A DNA stretch of 64,000 nt from Candidatus Latescibacterota bacterium (GTDB lineage Bacteria; Latescibacterota; UBA2968; UBA8231): positions 160,001-224,000 of the forward strand of contig CBDFJF010000002.1 in the NCBI GenBank assembly GCA_965248265.1. Reading direction: 5' to 3'. The position numbers were made by a program, and so were the translations under genes. Below, in pieces: positions 39,647 to 49,074 of this stretch (within the stretch, counting starts at the first letter, position 1; every line of letters starts with the position of its first letter). The notes below the pieces were generated by a model. That model saw only the letters and a list, made by a program, of their open reading frames with translations, did no database searches and was not told the DNA's origin.

Positions 39647-39662
39647 TGTGCCGGAAGCGCGC

Positions 39663-39941
39663 TCATCCGATCAGGCGCATGCTCGTGTGCTCCACCGATG
39701 GAATGCGCAGGACGGTCCCCCGCTCCAGCTCCAGTGCGTTGTAGTCGCACAGGACCCACCACAGCTCGGCCTGTCCCAGATAGCGTGCTGCGAGCAGGTC
39801 CACGCGGTCCCCTGTCACCACCGTATGGAAGCGGTCGCCTGGCCGGGGCGAAGTATCGAGCCGATGCCGCGCACCCAGGAACGCTTCCTCCCGACCGGTG
39901 AAGAGTACGGCGGAGGCATATCGGGAACGACGCCCGATCAT
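39663..39941 (-). CDS. Phage tail X / LysM-like baseplate protein
   Basis: 'SRY...HTVVTGDRVDLLAARYLGQAELWWVL...GTVLRIP'. ATGA-coupled to the upstream gene. Confidence 0.8.
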   Translation of the reverse strand: MIGRRSRYASAVLFTGREEAFLGARHRLDTSPRPGDRFHTVVTGDRVDLLAARYLGQAELWWVLCDYNALELERGTVLRIPSVEHTSMRLIG

Positions 39942-40474
39942 CCCCGTACTTCCGTGTACTGTACCGACTCCTCGATGTATTCCTCCAGGAGCACTTCCAC
40001 CTCGGCGTGTTGGGGCCGGAGGGTGTCGCGGTCGAACAGATGGAAGAAGCGGGCCGTGACTTGGCGGACGACGCACATCACCCCTGGATAGAGATCCCCG
40101 AACAGAAACAGCACCCGGTGCGGCGCGCTCTTGAGCCTCTTCCCGTCGTGTTCGGGATACAGCAGCGAGCGCAGCCAGTCGACCGACTCTTTGACCGGTC
40201 CCTTGAAGAACAGCAGCTGGAAGCGGATCTTGCGCGGCTCCCCGGCCACGTACTGGTAGCGGGGATGGCTCAGGCCGGGGATCTTGATGGCGGCATAGGC
40301 CGTGCTCTTCTCGTCGACGATGTCGTTGGGGTTGTGTTGGAACTCCAGCCGCTGACCTGTTTCCACGTCCACCAGGTGCTCGGTGATGGCCTTTTTGTCC
40401 CAGGCCCCCGTCCGACTTGCTTGATTGGGACCCCCTTCCGTCGCGTGAATCTCGGTTTCAACTTCATGCCTCAT
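39938..40474 (-). CDS. Contractile-tail tube-initiator (CIS tube-like) protein
   Basis: 'FQHNPNDI...Y...IPG...QYVAGE.R.I.F.L.F...P.RVLFLFG...AEVEVLLEEY'. Lies between the tape measure and LysM genes. Start may be degraded. Confidence 0.75.
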   Translation of the reverse strand: MRHEVETEIHATEGGPNQASRTGAWDKKAITEHLVDVETGQRLEFQHNPNDIVDEKSTAYAAIKIPGLSHPRYQYVAGEPRKIRFQLLFFKGPVKESVDWLRSLLYPEHDGKRLKSAPHRVLFLFGDLYPGVMCVVRQVTARFFHLFDRDTLRPQHAEVEVLLEEYIEESVQYTEVRG

Positions 40475-43400
40475 AGCGTCTCGTAGTTCTTGATCTTGCG
40501 CTCGCGGATGTCCCGGTACACCGACTGGGCAACCTGCCGGCCATCCAGGAGTGTGGTGACGGACACGTCGATGGGTCGATCGGCCAGGGCGTCGAGTTTG
40601 CCGAGCAGGGCATCCAGGATCGTCCGCAAGTCTCCAACGGAATCGTGGGACGTACCCGTGTCCCCTGGCCTGAGCGCGCCTCGGGTCTCGGCCAGCAGGC
40701 GGGACGCTTCGGGGGCCGCGGCCGAGCCGGTGGCCAGGACGGGGGGTTCCGGCCCCAGCAGCGGCATTCCGGGTTGGGACCTCTCGTCCGCGACCACAGG
40801 CGTGAGCGCCAGGGTGCCGGTGAGCAGAGCTGGCGCGGCGATTCTTCCCACTCCTTGGTTTATCGAGGCGAGGGCACCAGCAAGGGGTTGGCCCAGGACG
40901 GTCGCGGCTTGGGCCATGCCTCCCGCCAGCTTTTCCAGCAGGGTCGATCCGCCACCGGCGGTCTTCACCCGGTTCCATGCGGTCGCTGCGGCTATGGCGA
41001 GTCCCCGGAAGGGCGCCTCCATCCATGCTCCCGCGCTCCGCGACATGGTTCGAAGGCGGCTCCATGCTCCAGAGGTCGCCGTGGTGATCCGGTCCCAGAC
41101 ACTGGATGCGGCGTCGGCGATCCCGTGAAACGGCGTCGCCACGGCGTCCACCGTCGAAGCACTGATAGAGGGGAGCTGGTGCCATCCTGCGCGCACCGCA
41201 CCGAGCATGCCGTCGAGGGCCTAATCGAGGACCGTAGCGGGTAATGCCAGTACGCCCGCCATCCCCTGGGCGAGTGTTTGGAGAATCGCGGCCCCCGAAG
41301 CCGTCAGGTTGGATAGGGGTCCGGTTTCCGCGTCGGAGAACGGCAGCAGCGATCTGAGCTTGCCGAGCGCCTGCTTGAGCGATTCTAAGGGATAGCTCGA
41401 GGCCGCGGCGATGCCTTGGCCGAGGCTCTCAAGAAAGCGCCGGCCCGCCTGGAAGAAGGCTGTGTCGCTAAAGAGGAAATCCCTGGCCGCCGAGAACGCC
41501 TCTTGCAGCGTCCTCACCAACGGCAGGTCTCTGAACACCCCGACCAGGGTGGCCGCGGTCGATTGAACGATCCCACCAAAGGTCGAGAACAGCCCTGGTA
41601 GAACACCCCAGACGCTGGCGATCCCCTCCCGAGCCCGTAGAAAGGGTGTGGCCAGCAAGTCCACCACGGCGCCTTGGATGGACCTCAGCCCGTCGAGCAC
41701 CCAGCGGTCGCCGGCGAGCGCCCGCCAGCGCGCCTGTGCGGCCCGACCGGTCCTGGCCATGGCGGACGCTACTCCCGCAGCCAACCCCTCGAAGGGCACC
41801 CTCATCCCCGCTCCGGACCGTTGCGCCGTGGACTGCAGATCGATCCATGCTCCAGCGGTCATTGTGGCCGCCCGGCTCCAGGCCGCGGACGCTGCCTCGG
41901 CGATCCGCCCAAATGGCGCGATCACCGCGCCCACGGCAGATGTGGCCAGCGATTGCAGGCCCTGCCATCCTTGCGCCGCCGTGGCCAGGAGCCGGACGAA
42001 AGCGCGGGAGAGGGCCACACGGGGCGCTCCCAGCACGCCGGTCATCCCCTGGGCGAAGGTTTGAAGAATTGCCGAGCCGGAAGCTGTCAGGTCGGGTAGC
42101 CCCCCGAGCCTGGCCAGCGCCTCTTTTGTCACCTCGAAGGGATAGCTGGCGACCGACCGGATGCCCTGGCCGAGGCTCACGAACAGGTGCCTGCCCGCCT
42201 CGAAGAAGGGGGCGCCGGTGAGGAAACGACCCACCGCCCCGACCAAGTTCCTCACCGTCTGCACCAGCGACCCGTCCCGGAACACCCCGACCAGGCTATC
42301 CGCAGCAGCTTGAGCGAACCGCCCGACAGCAGACAAGGCCCCTGGAAGCACACCCGAGATGCTGGCGATCCCCTCCCGGACCCGCTGAAACGGCGTGGCA
42401 AGAAAACCCTCCACGGCGCCGCCGATGATCTTGAGTCCGAGCACGACGCGGTCTCCTGCGAACCCCTGGGCGAACCCCTGGGCCAGCGCCTGCCCAAGGC
42501 CGCCGGCGACCTGCGCTATCGTATTCGCGGCAGATCGTGCCGCGGCGGCCAACGCCTCGAAGGGCGCCGTCACCCACGCACCTGCTCGCTGGGCACGGGC
42601 TTGCAGACCCTCCCATGCGGCGGTGCCTGCGCGGGCGCCTCGGCTCCAGGCCTCAGTCGCCGCCTCGGCCATCCCCTGAAACGGCGCTGTCAGGGCCACC
42701 AGGGCCGCGCCCAGCGCGCCGGTCATCCCCTGGGCAAGTGTTTGGAGAATCGCCGCGCCGGAGACCGTCAAGTTGGAAAGCGGTCCCGTCGCCGCGTCGG
42801 AGAAGGGCAGCAGGGCCCGCAACCGTGCCAGCGCCTGCCGGAGCAGTTCGAAGGGATAGGTCACGGCCGACCGGATGCCTTTGCCGAGGGCGACCAGGAT
42901 GCGCCGACCCGCCTCGAAAAACGTCGTGTCGCCAGAGAGGAAGCTACGGACCGCGGCGAACACGTCCGTAAGCGTGCTCACCAGCGCCCGGTCTTGGAAC
43001 CCATTGAGCATGGCGGCCCTCACCGATTGCAGGGACCGACCGACGTCGAAGAACCCGGTCCGGAGCACGCTCCAGACGCCGGCGATCCCGTCTCGCGCCC
43101 GCTGCAGCGGCGTTGCCAGTGCATCTACGACACCGCCGGCGAGGGCCTTCAGCCAATCGAGCACGGAGCGGCCGCCTGCCAACCCCTGGGCCAGCGCCTG
43201 CCAGAGCACGTCCGCGGCCTGCGCTACCCTGCCAAAGCCGGAGGATGCTGTTGTGGTCAACCCCTCGAAGGGCGCCTTGATCAAAACCCCCGCCCGCTGA
43301 GCCCTGGCTTGGAGCCCGTCCCATGTAGCGGTTGCGCTGCGCGTAACCCGGCTCCAGGCCGCGGACGCCGCCTCGGTCATCCCCTGAAACGGCGCTGTGA

Positions 43401-45572
43401 CCGCGCCCGCGGCGGATGTGTGGCGCGACGGCAAGCCCCTGCCATGCCTTGTCCACCGTAGCTTGGAGCCCCGCCAAGGCGCGGGACAGGGCCACACGGG
43501 GCGCGCCCAGTGCGCCGGTCATGCCCTGGGCGAGGGTCTTCAGGATCGCCGCGCCCGAAGCGGTCAAGCTGGACAGCGGTCCGGTCTTTGCGTCGGAAAA
43601 CGGCAGCAGAGACCGCAACCGACCCAGCGCCTCTTTGAGCCTTTCCAGCGGATAGCTCACCGCAGCGCGGAGGCCGTTTCCAAGGGCGACCAAGAGGGCC
43701 TTCCCCGCCTCGAAGAAGGTCCGGTCGCCGGCCAGGAAACGGCCCACCGCACCGAACCCGTCCATCAGGGTTTGCACCAGTGGCCAGTTTCTCAAGGCTG
43801 CGGTCACCGCCATCGCAGCCTCCGATACGAACCGGTTGAGGGAGTTGAATAACCCCCGGAGGAAATCCAAGACGCCAATGACCACGTCCCGAGCCCAGCG
43901 AAACGGCGTGACCAGAAAATCCACTAGGGCGCGACCGATGCTTCTGAGTCCATCGAGCACGGAGAGGTTGCCGGCCAGCACCTGCCAGAGGGTGACGGCG
44001 ATGCGCCCCACCATCCGCAACGCCTGCACCAACAGGCGCAGCGGCAGGAAGAATTTGTGGAGGAACCGTGCCGCCGTGACCAGGGCCGTGACCACGGTCT
44101 TGCCCAGCCGCGATGACACCGAGCACGGTGCCGAGGACCGAGCCCAGGGTTCGGTAGGCGGAAGCGTCGGCCGAATCGGCCGCCAGCGAGAAGATACCGG
44201 TGACCCCGGCGATGGCCCCAAACAACCGGCCGAAGGTGGCAACCAGCGCCCGCACGGGCGGTTCGAGGATGTCCCGAATCTTGCCGAAAGCGTGGGCGAA
44301 GGCCTGCCGCAATCCCCTGAAGAATTGCCGCACGCGGTAGTAGACGCGGAACAGCGAAACCACCAGCCCCATGAGGCCGGCCTGCTCGAGGCTTTGGGCG
44401 AGAGCCGTAGACGACGAGTTTCAGGAGGAAAGCCCCCAGCGGACATCGTTCCCATGCCGCCGGTCAGCGACGAGATCAAGGCGCGCACGCCCGAGAAAAC
44501 CCGTTGGATGCGGTTCCACAGCCCGAGGATGGTGTCGCGGATGCCGCCGAGGTTGCTCTCCCAGGATTTTTTCAGCAGGTAGACGGCCAGCACCACGCCG
44601 CCGATGATAGCCACGACCGGAAGAAAGTAGGTGGCAAAGGCCGCGCCGACCCCGGCCACGGAGAGGCCCATGGCAACCAGTCCGGCCTTGATCGCCGGCA
44701 GCATCAAACCGATGGTCCCGGCCGCGGCGATGACCCCGCCCACCACGGTGAGCACGGCGCCGAGCGCCAAGGACAGGGGTCAGGACCACACGGGTCAGCC
44801 CGGGCGCGGCGCGAGCCAGCCCTTGGAAGAACAGCACCATCCGCGAGAATCCCGTCAGGACGGTTGTCACCATGGGCAGAAGGGTGCGGCCCAGGATCTG
44901 CGAAAAGTTGCCGATCTGCTGACCGACGAGCTTGAGCCGGGCACCGATGTCCCGATTCATGGATTGGGCCATCTGTTCGGTCACGGCGGTGCCGGTGCGC
45001 ATGGCGCCCGCAACAGACTGGATGTTGGTCTCCAGCGCCGCCATGCCCTGGGACACTTGCAACAAAAACTTGACGGCCTCGTCGGAGCCGAAGGCCCGCT
45101 TTATTTCAACCTGGGCGGCAGCCTGGGAAAGGTCTGGATATTTCCCCTTGACCTCCTCAAGGATGAGGATGATGCCCTTGAGCCGGCCGCTCGAATCCAC
45201 CAGCGACAGGCCGAGCTTCTCGCCCGCCTCGGAGGCCTTCATGATGAAGGCCTTGTAGAGGGTGCCGGCCTCGGAGCCGGGCATGGTGGTCTGCAGCTGG
45301 CCGAGGATGGCCAGCTGCTCTTGGAGGGGGACGTTGTTGGCGGCAGCCACGGCGCCGATGTTTTTGATGGCGTCGGCCATCTGGCGGCCGTTGGTCTTGA
45401 ACGAGGCCACGGTCTGGGCCATCGCCCCGGCGAAGGTGCCGACCATCTCCTCGGTGGTGGCCTTGGTAGCCTTGCCGGTCAAGGCGGCCATCGCCGTGAA
45501 CGAGCCCACCGCCTCGTCGGTCAAGCTCGACAAGGCGGATTTCACGTCGTAGGGGGCTGGGCCCGCGAGCAC
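40471..45572 (-). pseudogene. Phage tail tape measure protein (TP901-type), frameshifted and 5'-truncated
   Basis: Consecutive Ala/Gly-rich ORFs (44421-45572, 42944-44770, 41221-43497, 40471-41208), 'GSEAGT.YKA', repeated 'LPFSDA.TGPLS.LT.SG.AIL.T.AQGM' and C-terminal 'LDGRQVAQSV'. Confidence 0.85.
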
Positions 45573-45594
45573 GAGGAGGGCAAGTGATGAAGGA

Positions 45595-45840
45595 GATTCT
45601 CAGGGCCGCCAGCACCTCGGCCAGCCGCTCGCCGATCCCGATCAGGCGCTCCCGGTCCGGGTGCTCCGCCGCCTCCAGGGTCTTGTTGGCCTCGGCCACG
45701 TACTCCGGCATGTGGCGGTTGATGGTGTGGATGGCGGCCTCGATGCGCTGAGGCGGCCGCGTCGCGGCACAGGACGCCAGCGAGACCGCCAGCGCGACCA
45801 CCAGGGCCGTCCGGGTCATCGTTCCAACTGTTTTTCTCAT
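45595..45840 (-). CDS. Small phage lipoprotein (3' end lost by deletion into the tape measure gene)
   Basis: GGAGG RBS, lipobox 'LASC' after a hydrophobic stretch, helical body. Confidence 0.55.
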
Positions 45841-45947
45841 GAGAATCCTCCCGGCCCTCGCGGGGCCCGGTCTTTCTGGGTGGATGGGCTTCCGGCGCGC
45901 ACAACGCGTGCATGTGTCAGGCGCATAAGCGCTTGTGAATCAATCAC

Positions 45948-46379
45948 TTGAACCGACCGAAAGGAGGTCACGCCATAACCGACACACTACACGAGGCCGC
46001 CCAGGCCTACCTCGAACACCTCAAGGGCGAGGGGAAGAAGGCACGCACGCTCTACACCTACGGGAAGGACTTCGAGCAGATCGAAGCCTTCTTCGGCACC
46101 GACCGGAAGCTGAAGGGCATCCTGGCGCCGCACGTGGGCAAGTTCTTCCGCTCCGACGCGCTGCTGAAGCTCCCGAGTGGGAAAGAGCGCTCTGAGCCCA
46201 CGGTCAACAAGACCAAGCGGGTGCTGCGCATGTTCCTGGTCTGGGCCCATGAGACCGGCCTGATCGACAAACTGCCCCTGCCCAAGGGCACCGCCATGGG
46301 CCGGAGCGCCAAACAGGAAGGAGGTCGCCAGCATGACGAACGCCGCAAACAGCGCGCTTCGGCTGCTGCCCGGGCCTGA
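45948..46379 (+). CDS. Stand-alone phage-integrase N-terminal SAM-like (core-binding) domain protein
   Basis: 'LHEAAQAYLEHLKGEGKKARTLYTY..D...F...RSEPTVNKTKRVLRMFLVWA..TG'. No catalytic domain. Start uncertain. Confidence 0.7.
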   Translation: MNRPKGGHAITDTLHEAAQAYLEHLKGEGKKARTLYTYGKDFEQIEAFFGTDRKLKGILAPHVGKFFRSDALLKLPSGKERSEPTVNKTKRVLRMFLVWAHETGLIDKLPLPKGTAMGRSAKQEGGRQHDERRKQRASAAARA

Positions 46380-47239
46380 GCCGTTCGAGCAGGTGGTCGA
46401 CGCCTTCGGCAGAAGGCTGGCCGCCGAAGGGCGCTCCCCGAACACCATCAGCGCGTACCTGCGGGACCTGCGGCAGCTGACCGAGATCCTGGCGCAGAGC
46501 CACCCGGGGCTTTCCCCGGACCGCGTGACCAGCGCCATGCTCGACGAGGCGTTGACCGCGCCGGCGGTCGTGACCCTGGCTACCGGCAGCCCCCGGTCGC
46601 CGGCGTCGCTGCACCGCTTCAAGGCGGTCGTCCGGTCCTTCTTCGCCTGGGCGGAGGAGAGCGGGCAGGTGGCCGGAGAACCCGGCGCGGTCGGTGACGC
46701 TACGGCGGCTGCCGCGCACCACGCCGAGCTTCCTGACCGAGGCCGAGAAGCGGCGGTTGTGCAAAGAGCTCCGGGGCAGGACCTCGGAGCTAGCGGTCCG
46801 GGATCGGCTCATCGTCGAGCTGTTCCTGGGCACTGGCATCCGGCTGCGGGAGCTGGTCGACCTGGACGTCGGCGACGTGGATCTCGACGCCAAGCATCTG
46901 CGCATCCGCGCCAAGGGCGACGTCCCGCAGGTGAAGTTCCTAAAGTCCACGCTGCGCACCCTCCTGCGGGCCTACCTGAAGGAGCGCCGGCACCGCGGCC
47001 GCGGTGACTGCCGGGCGCTGTTCCTCTCCAACCGCGTCAAGTACTGGCTGCGCCAGGCGGGGATCGACAAGGACGTCAGTCCCCACGGGCTGCGGCACAC
47101 CTTCGTCACCCACCTCTACAGCCGCACCGGCGACATCCTGGTGATCCAGCGGGCGCTGGGTCACCGCGACCTCTCGACCACCGAGATTTACACTCACTTG
47201 GTCGACGACGCCCTCGAGGACGCCCTCGAACGGCTGTAA
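46333..47239 (+). pseudogene. XerC-like tyrosine recombinase, frameshifted near 46680
   Basis: SAM domain in 46333-46680. Catalytic R (GIRLREL), K (AKG), HxxR (PHGLRHT), LGH and Y (TEIYTH) in 46694-47239. Confidence 0.88.
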
Positions 47240-47259
47240 GCGGAGCGATCCAGGCATCG

Positions 47260-47282
47260 AGCGGCCCTTCGGGGTCGCTTTT
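47260..47282 (+). terminator. Terminator after the recombinase
   Basis: AGCGGCCC-TTCG-GGGTCGCT plus a T-run. Confidence 0.7.
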
Positions 47283-47309
47283 CCGTTCACGCCCACGAAG
47301 CAGACAGTC

Positions 47310-47438
47310 GGAGACAGTGAGCCCACAGTCTCCGCCTGAACACAATTGGCCGGTGTGAGCCGGACAGCATCGGAGCCTTCCGCCGACCGGAAGGATCGAT
47401 TGACCAAAGTTTCCGCCGCGTGCAATTCCACGCGGCGG
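47310..47438. ncRNA. Candidate structured non-coding element, copy 2
   Basis: Covarying hairpins relative to 28926-29051. Confidence 0.45.
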
Positions 47439-47472
47439 CCGCTCAAAGAGGCCAGCGTCCGACCGGGGCGGA

Positions 47473-47500
47473 ATTGACGAGAACACGTCTTATCGGACAT
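47473..47500. other. dif/Xer-like 11-6-11 recombination site, copy 2
   Basis: ATTGACGAGAA-CACGTC-TTATCGGACAT. Confidence 0.5.
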
Positions 47501-47574
47501 TCCCGCCGAGAAAAGCGGCGGAAACCCGCGTGTATCGGGGACGTCGCCGTAGGCGGCCCTGGTGTTATCCGCCA

Positions 47575-48063
47575 TCATTTCCGCGTTTTCCGCCGCTTGC
47601 GCGGTTTTCGGGCCGGTTTCGGCTGCGCCTCGGCCAGCTTCTCGAGCAGCGCTGTGGCCCACTCGGCCGGCGTGGTCTGAGGACCTGTGGGGGTGTCGCC
47701 CTCGCGGGCGATCTTGGTGGCCTTCAGGTCCTTCAGATGGCAGCGGATCATCCGGTCGAGCTTCTCGGCCGCGTCCATGTCGCCGTTGATCTGCGCGCGC
47801 ACGAGCTTCACCGAGTAGACCGCCACCAGCTCCACCTGCAGGAAGTCCGAGCTCTTGTTGAACACGAAGTCGTTCCAGAGGCGCTCGATGATCTCGCGGA
47901 AGAGCTCGCGCTCGGAATCGTCCAGGCACTGGTTGGCCCAGATGCCGTGGGTCATGGGGTTCAAGTTGCTCTGGGGGGCCCCGACGCGCTTGGGAGGCTC
48001 CGCGATTCCCTCCGCGCCATGCCAGCGGTCCAGGTTCTGCTGATCCTTCTTGTTCACTGCCAC
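47575..48063 (-). CDS. Phage terminase small subunit-like protein, copy 2
   Basis: 'GAPQSNLNPMTHGIWA'. The C-terminal ~98 aa are identical to copy 1 and the N-terminus is divergent. Confidence 0.55.
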   Translation of the reverse strand: MAVNKKDQQNLDRWHGAEGIAEPPKRVGAPQSNLNPMTHGIWANQCLDDSERELFREIIERLWNDFVFNKSSDFLQVELVAVYSVKLVRAQINGDMDAAEKLDRMIRCHLKDLKATKIAREGDTPTGPQTTPAEWATALLEKLAEAQPKPARKPRKRRKTRK

Positions 48064-49074
48064 CGGCCGGCTCCGACGATGTGTTCACGACAGGTCCCAT
48101 TGCTTCCCAATGTCGAGGTCCGGGGCGGAAGACGGATTTCGCTCCTGCCCGATCCTGGCCTGGGATCGGATGCCGGCGACAGACAAGGAAGTCGGACGGT
48201 CTGTTCCCGTGAGCCCGGGCCCGGTCACGGATCGGCCTGGTGCTTAGACGAGCTCGGAACAATGGTGGTCGAGAACCGGATGGGCTTACCCGTCAGCATC
48301 AAGCTGGGGGGCGACTATCCGGCTATCCTGGATGGTGAGGTCACCTTCCTGCACCTGCGGACTCTGGGCGCCGAACCGCTGGCCGATCCACCCGACCTGA
48401 TCGAGGTGAAGGGAGAAGGCTCGGCGACGGTAGCCCTCGGTGACTACTTCGAGGCGGGCGACCCGGGACGTCATGGCTGGAGCGTCGTGATTCGGGACTC
48501 CTGGCGCGAACTACCTGGATCGATGGGTCGAAGGCAACGTCTTCGAGTTCACGGCCGTCGAGCCCACCGCCGTCGAAGCGGTCAGCTGGGCCCGTGTCAA
48601 ACCCTGAGAATAGAGGCCATGTCTTCCGCCAGTACCCCCCGTCGTCCAGGTATCCTCAGGGCGTGGCGATCAACTGGGTGGTTGCTTGCACCGTATTGGT
48701 GTGAGTATGTTCTGGTACAGGGAGGAGCGCTCCGTCCCAGGGATTCCGGAGGCTAGCTATTGACCCCGCCACCATGACCTTGCGCCGTACCGATCGCCGG
48801 TGCGGGCCCAGGTGACCGAATATCAATTGCACACCTTGCAGGGGACGAGTACTTCACCGCCCGCACCCTCCTCAACGCCGTCAGCCACCGCCTCACACCC
48901 TCTGCTACCGCTCCGACCTCACCCCCCATCACCGCCTCCTGTTCGAAGGCCGCGCCTTCGACATCGAAGCCGTCCTCCCCGACTCCCGAAAGACCCGCCT
49001 CGTCCTCATGTGCAGCATTCCTCTGGGCGACTCGTGGGCTACGGAGAATCGCCGGCCCCGCCGATGTGGGCGCG

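Noticed and set aside
37332-41223. In-frame TAG codons at likely Gln positions in the gpD-like (37332) and tape measure (41221) genes, suggesting TAG->Gln recoding
   Set aside because: The same region has frameshifts, IS insertions and a TGA nonsense codon (30804), and island genes such as lexA end in TAG. CAG->TAG decay is more parsimonious.
35503-45572. Functional extracellular contractile injection system or tailocin
   Set aside because: No sheath, main tube, wedge or ATPase genes. The hub and tape measure are pseudogenes, and the terS-like and primase context indicates a prophage relic.
48262-48756. Possible gene fragment 'MVVENRMGLPVSIKLGGDYP…'
   Set aside because: Protein-like for ~80 aa, but no recognisable family or clear boundaries, so it could not be supported.
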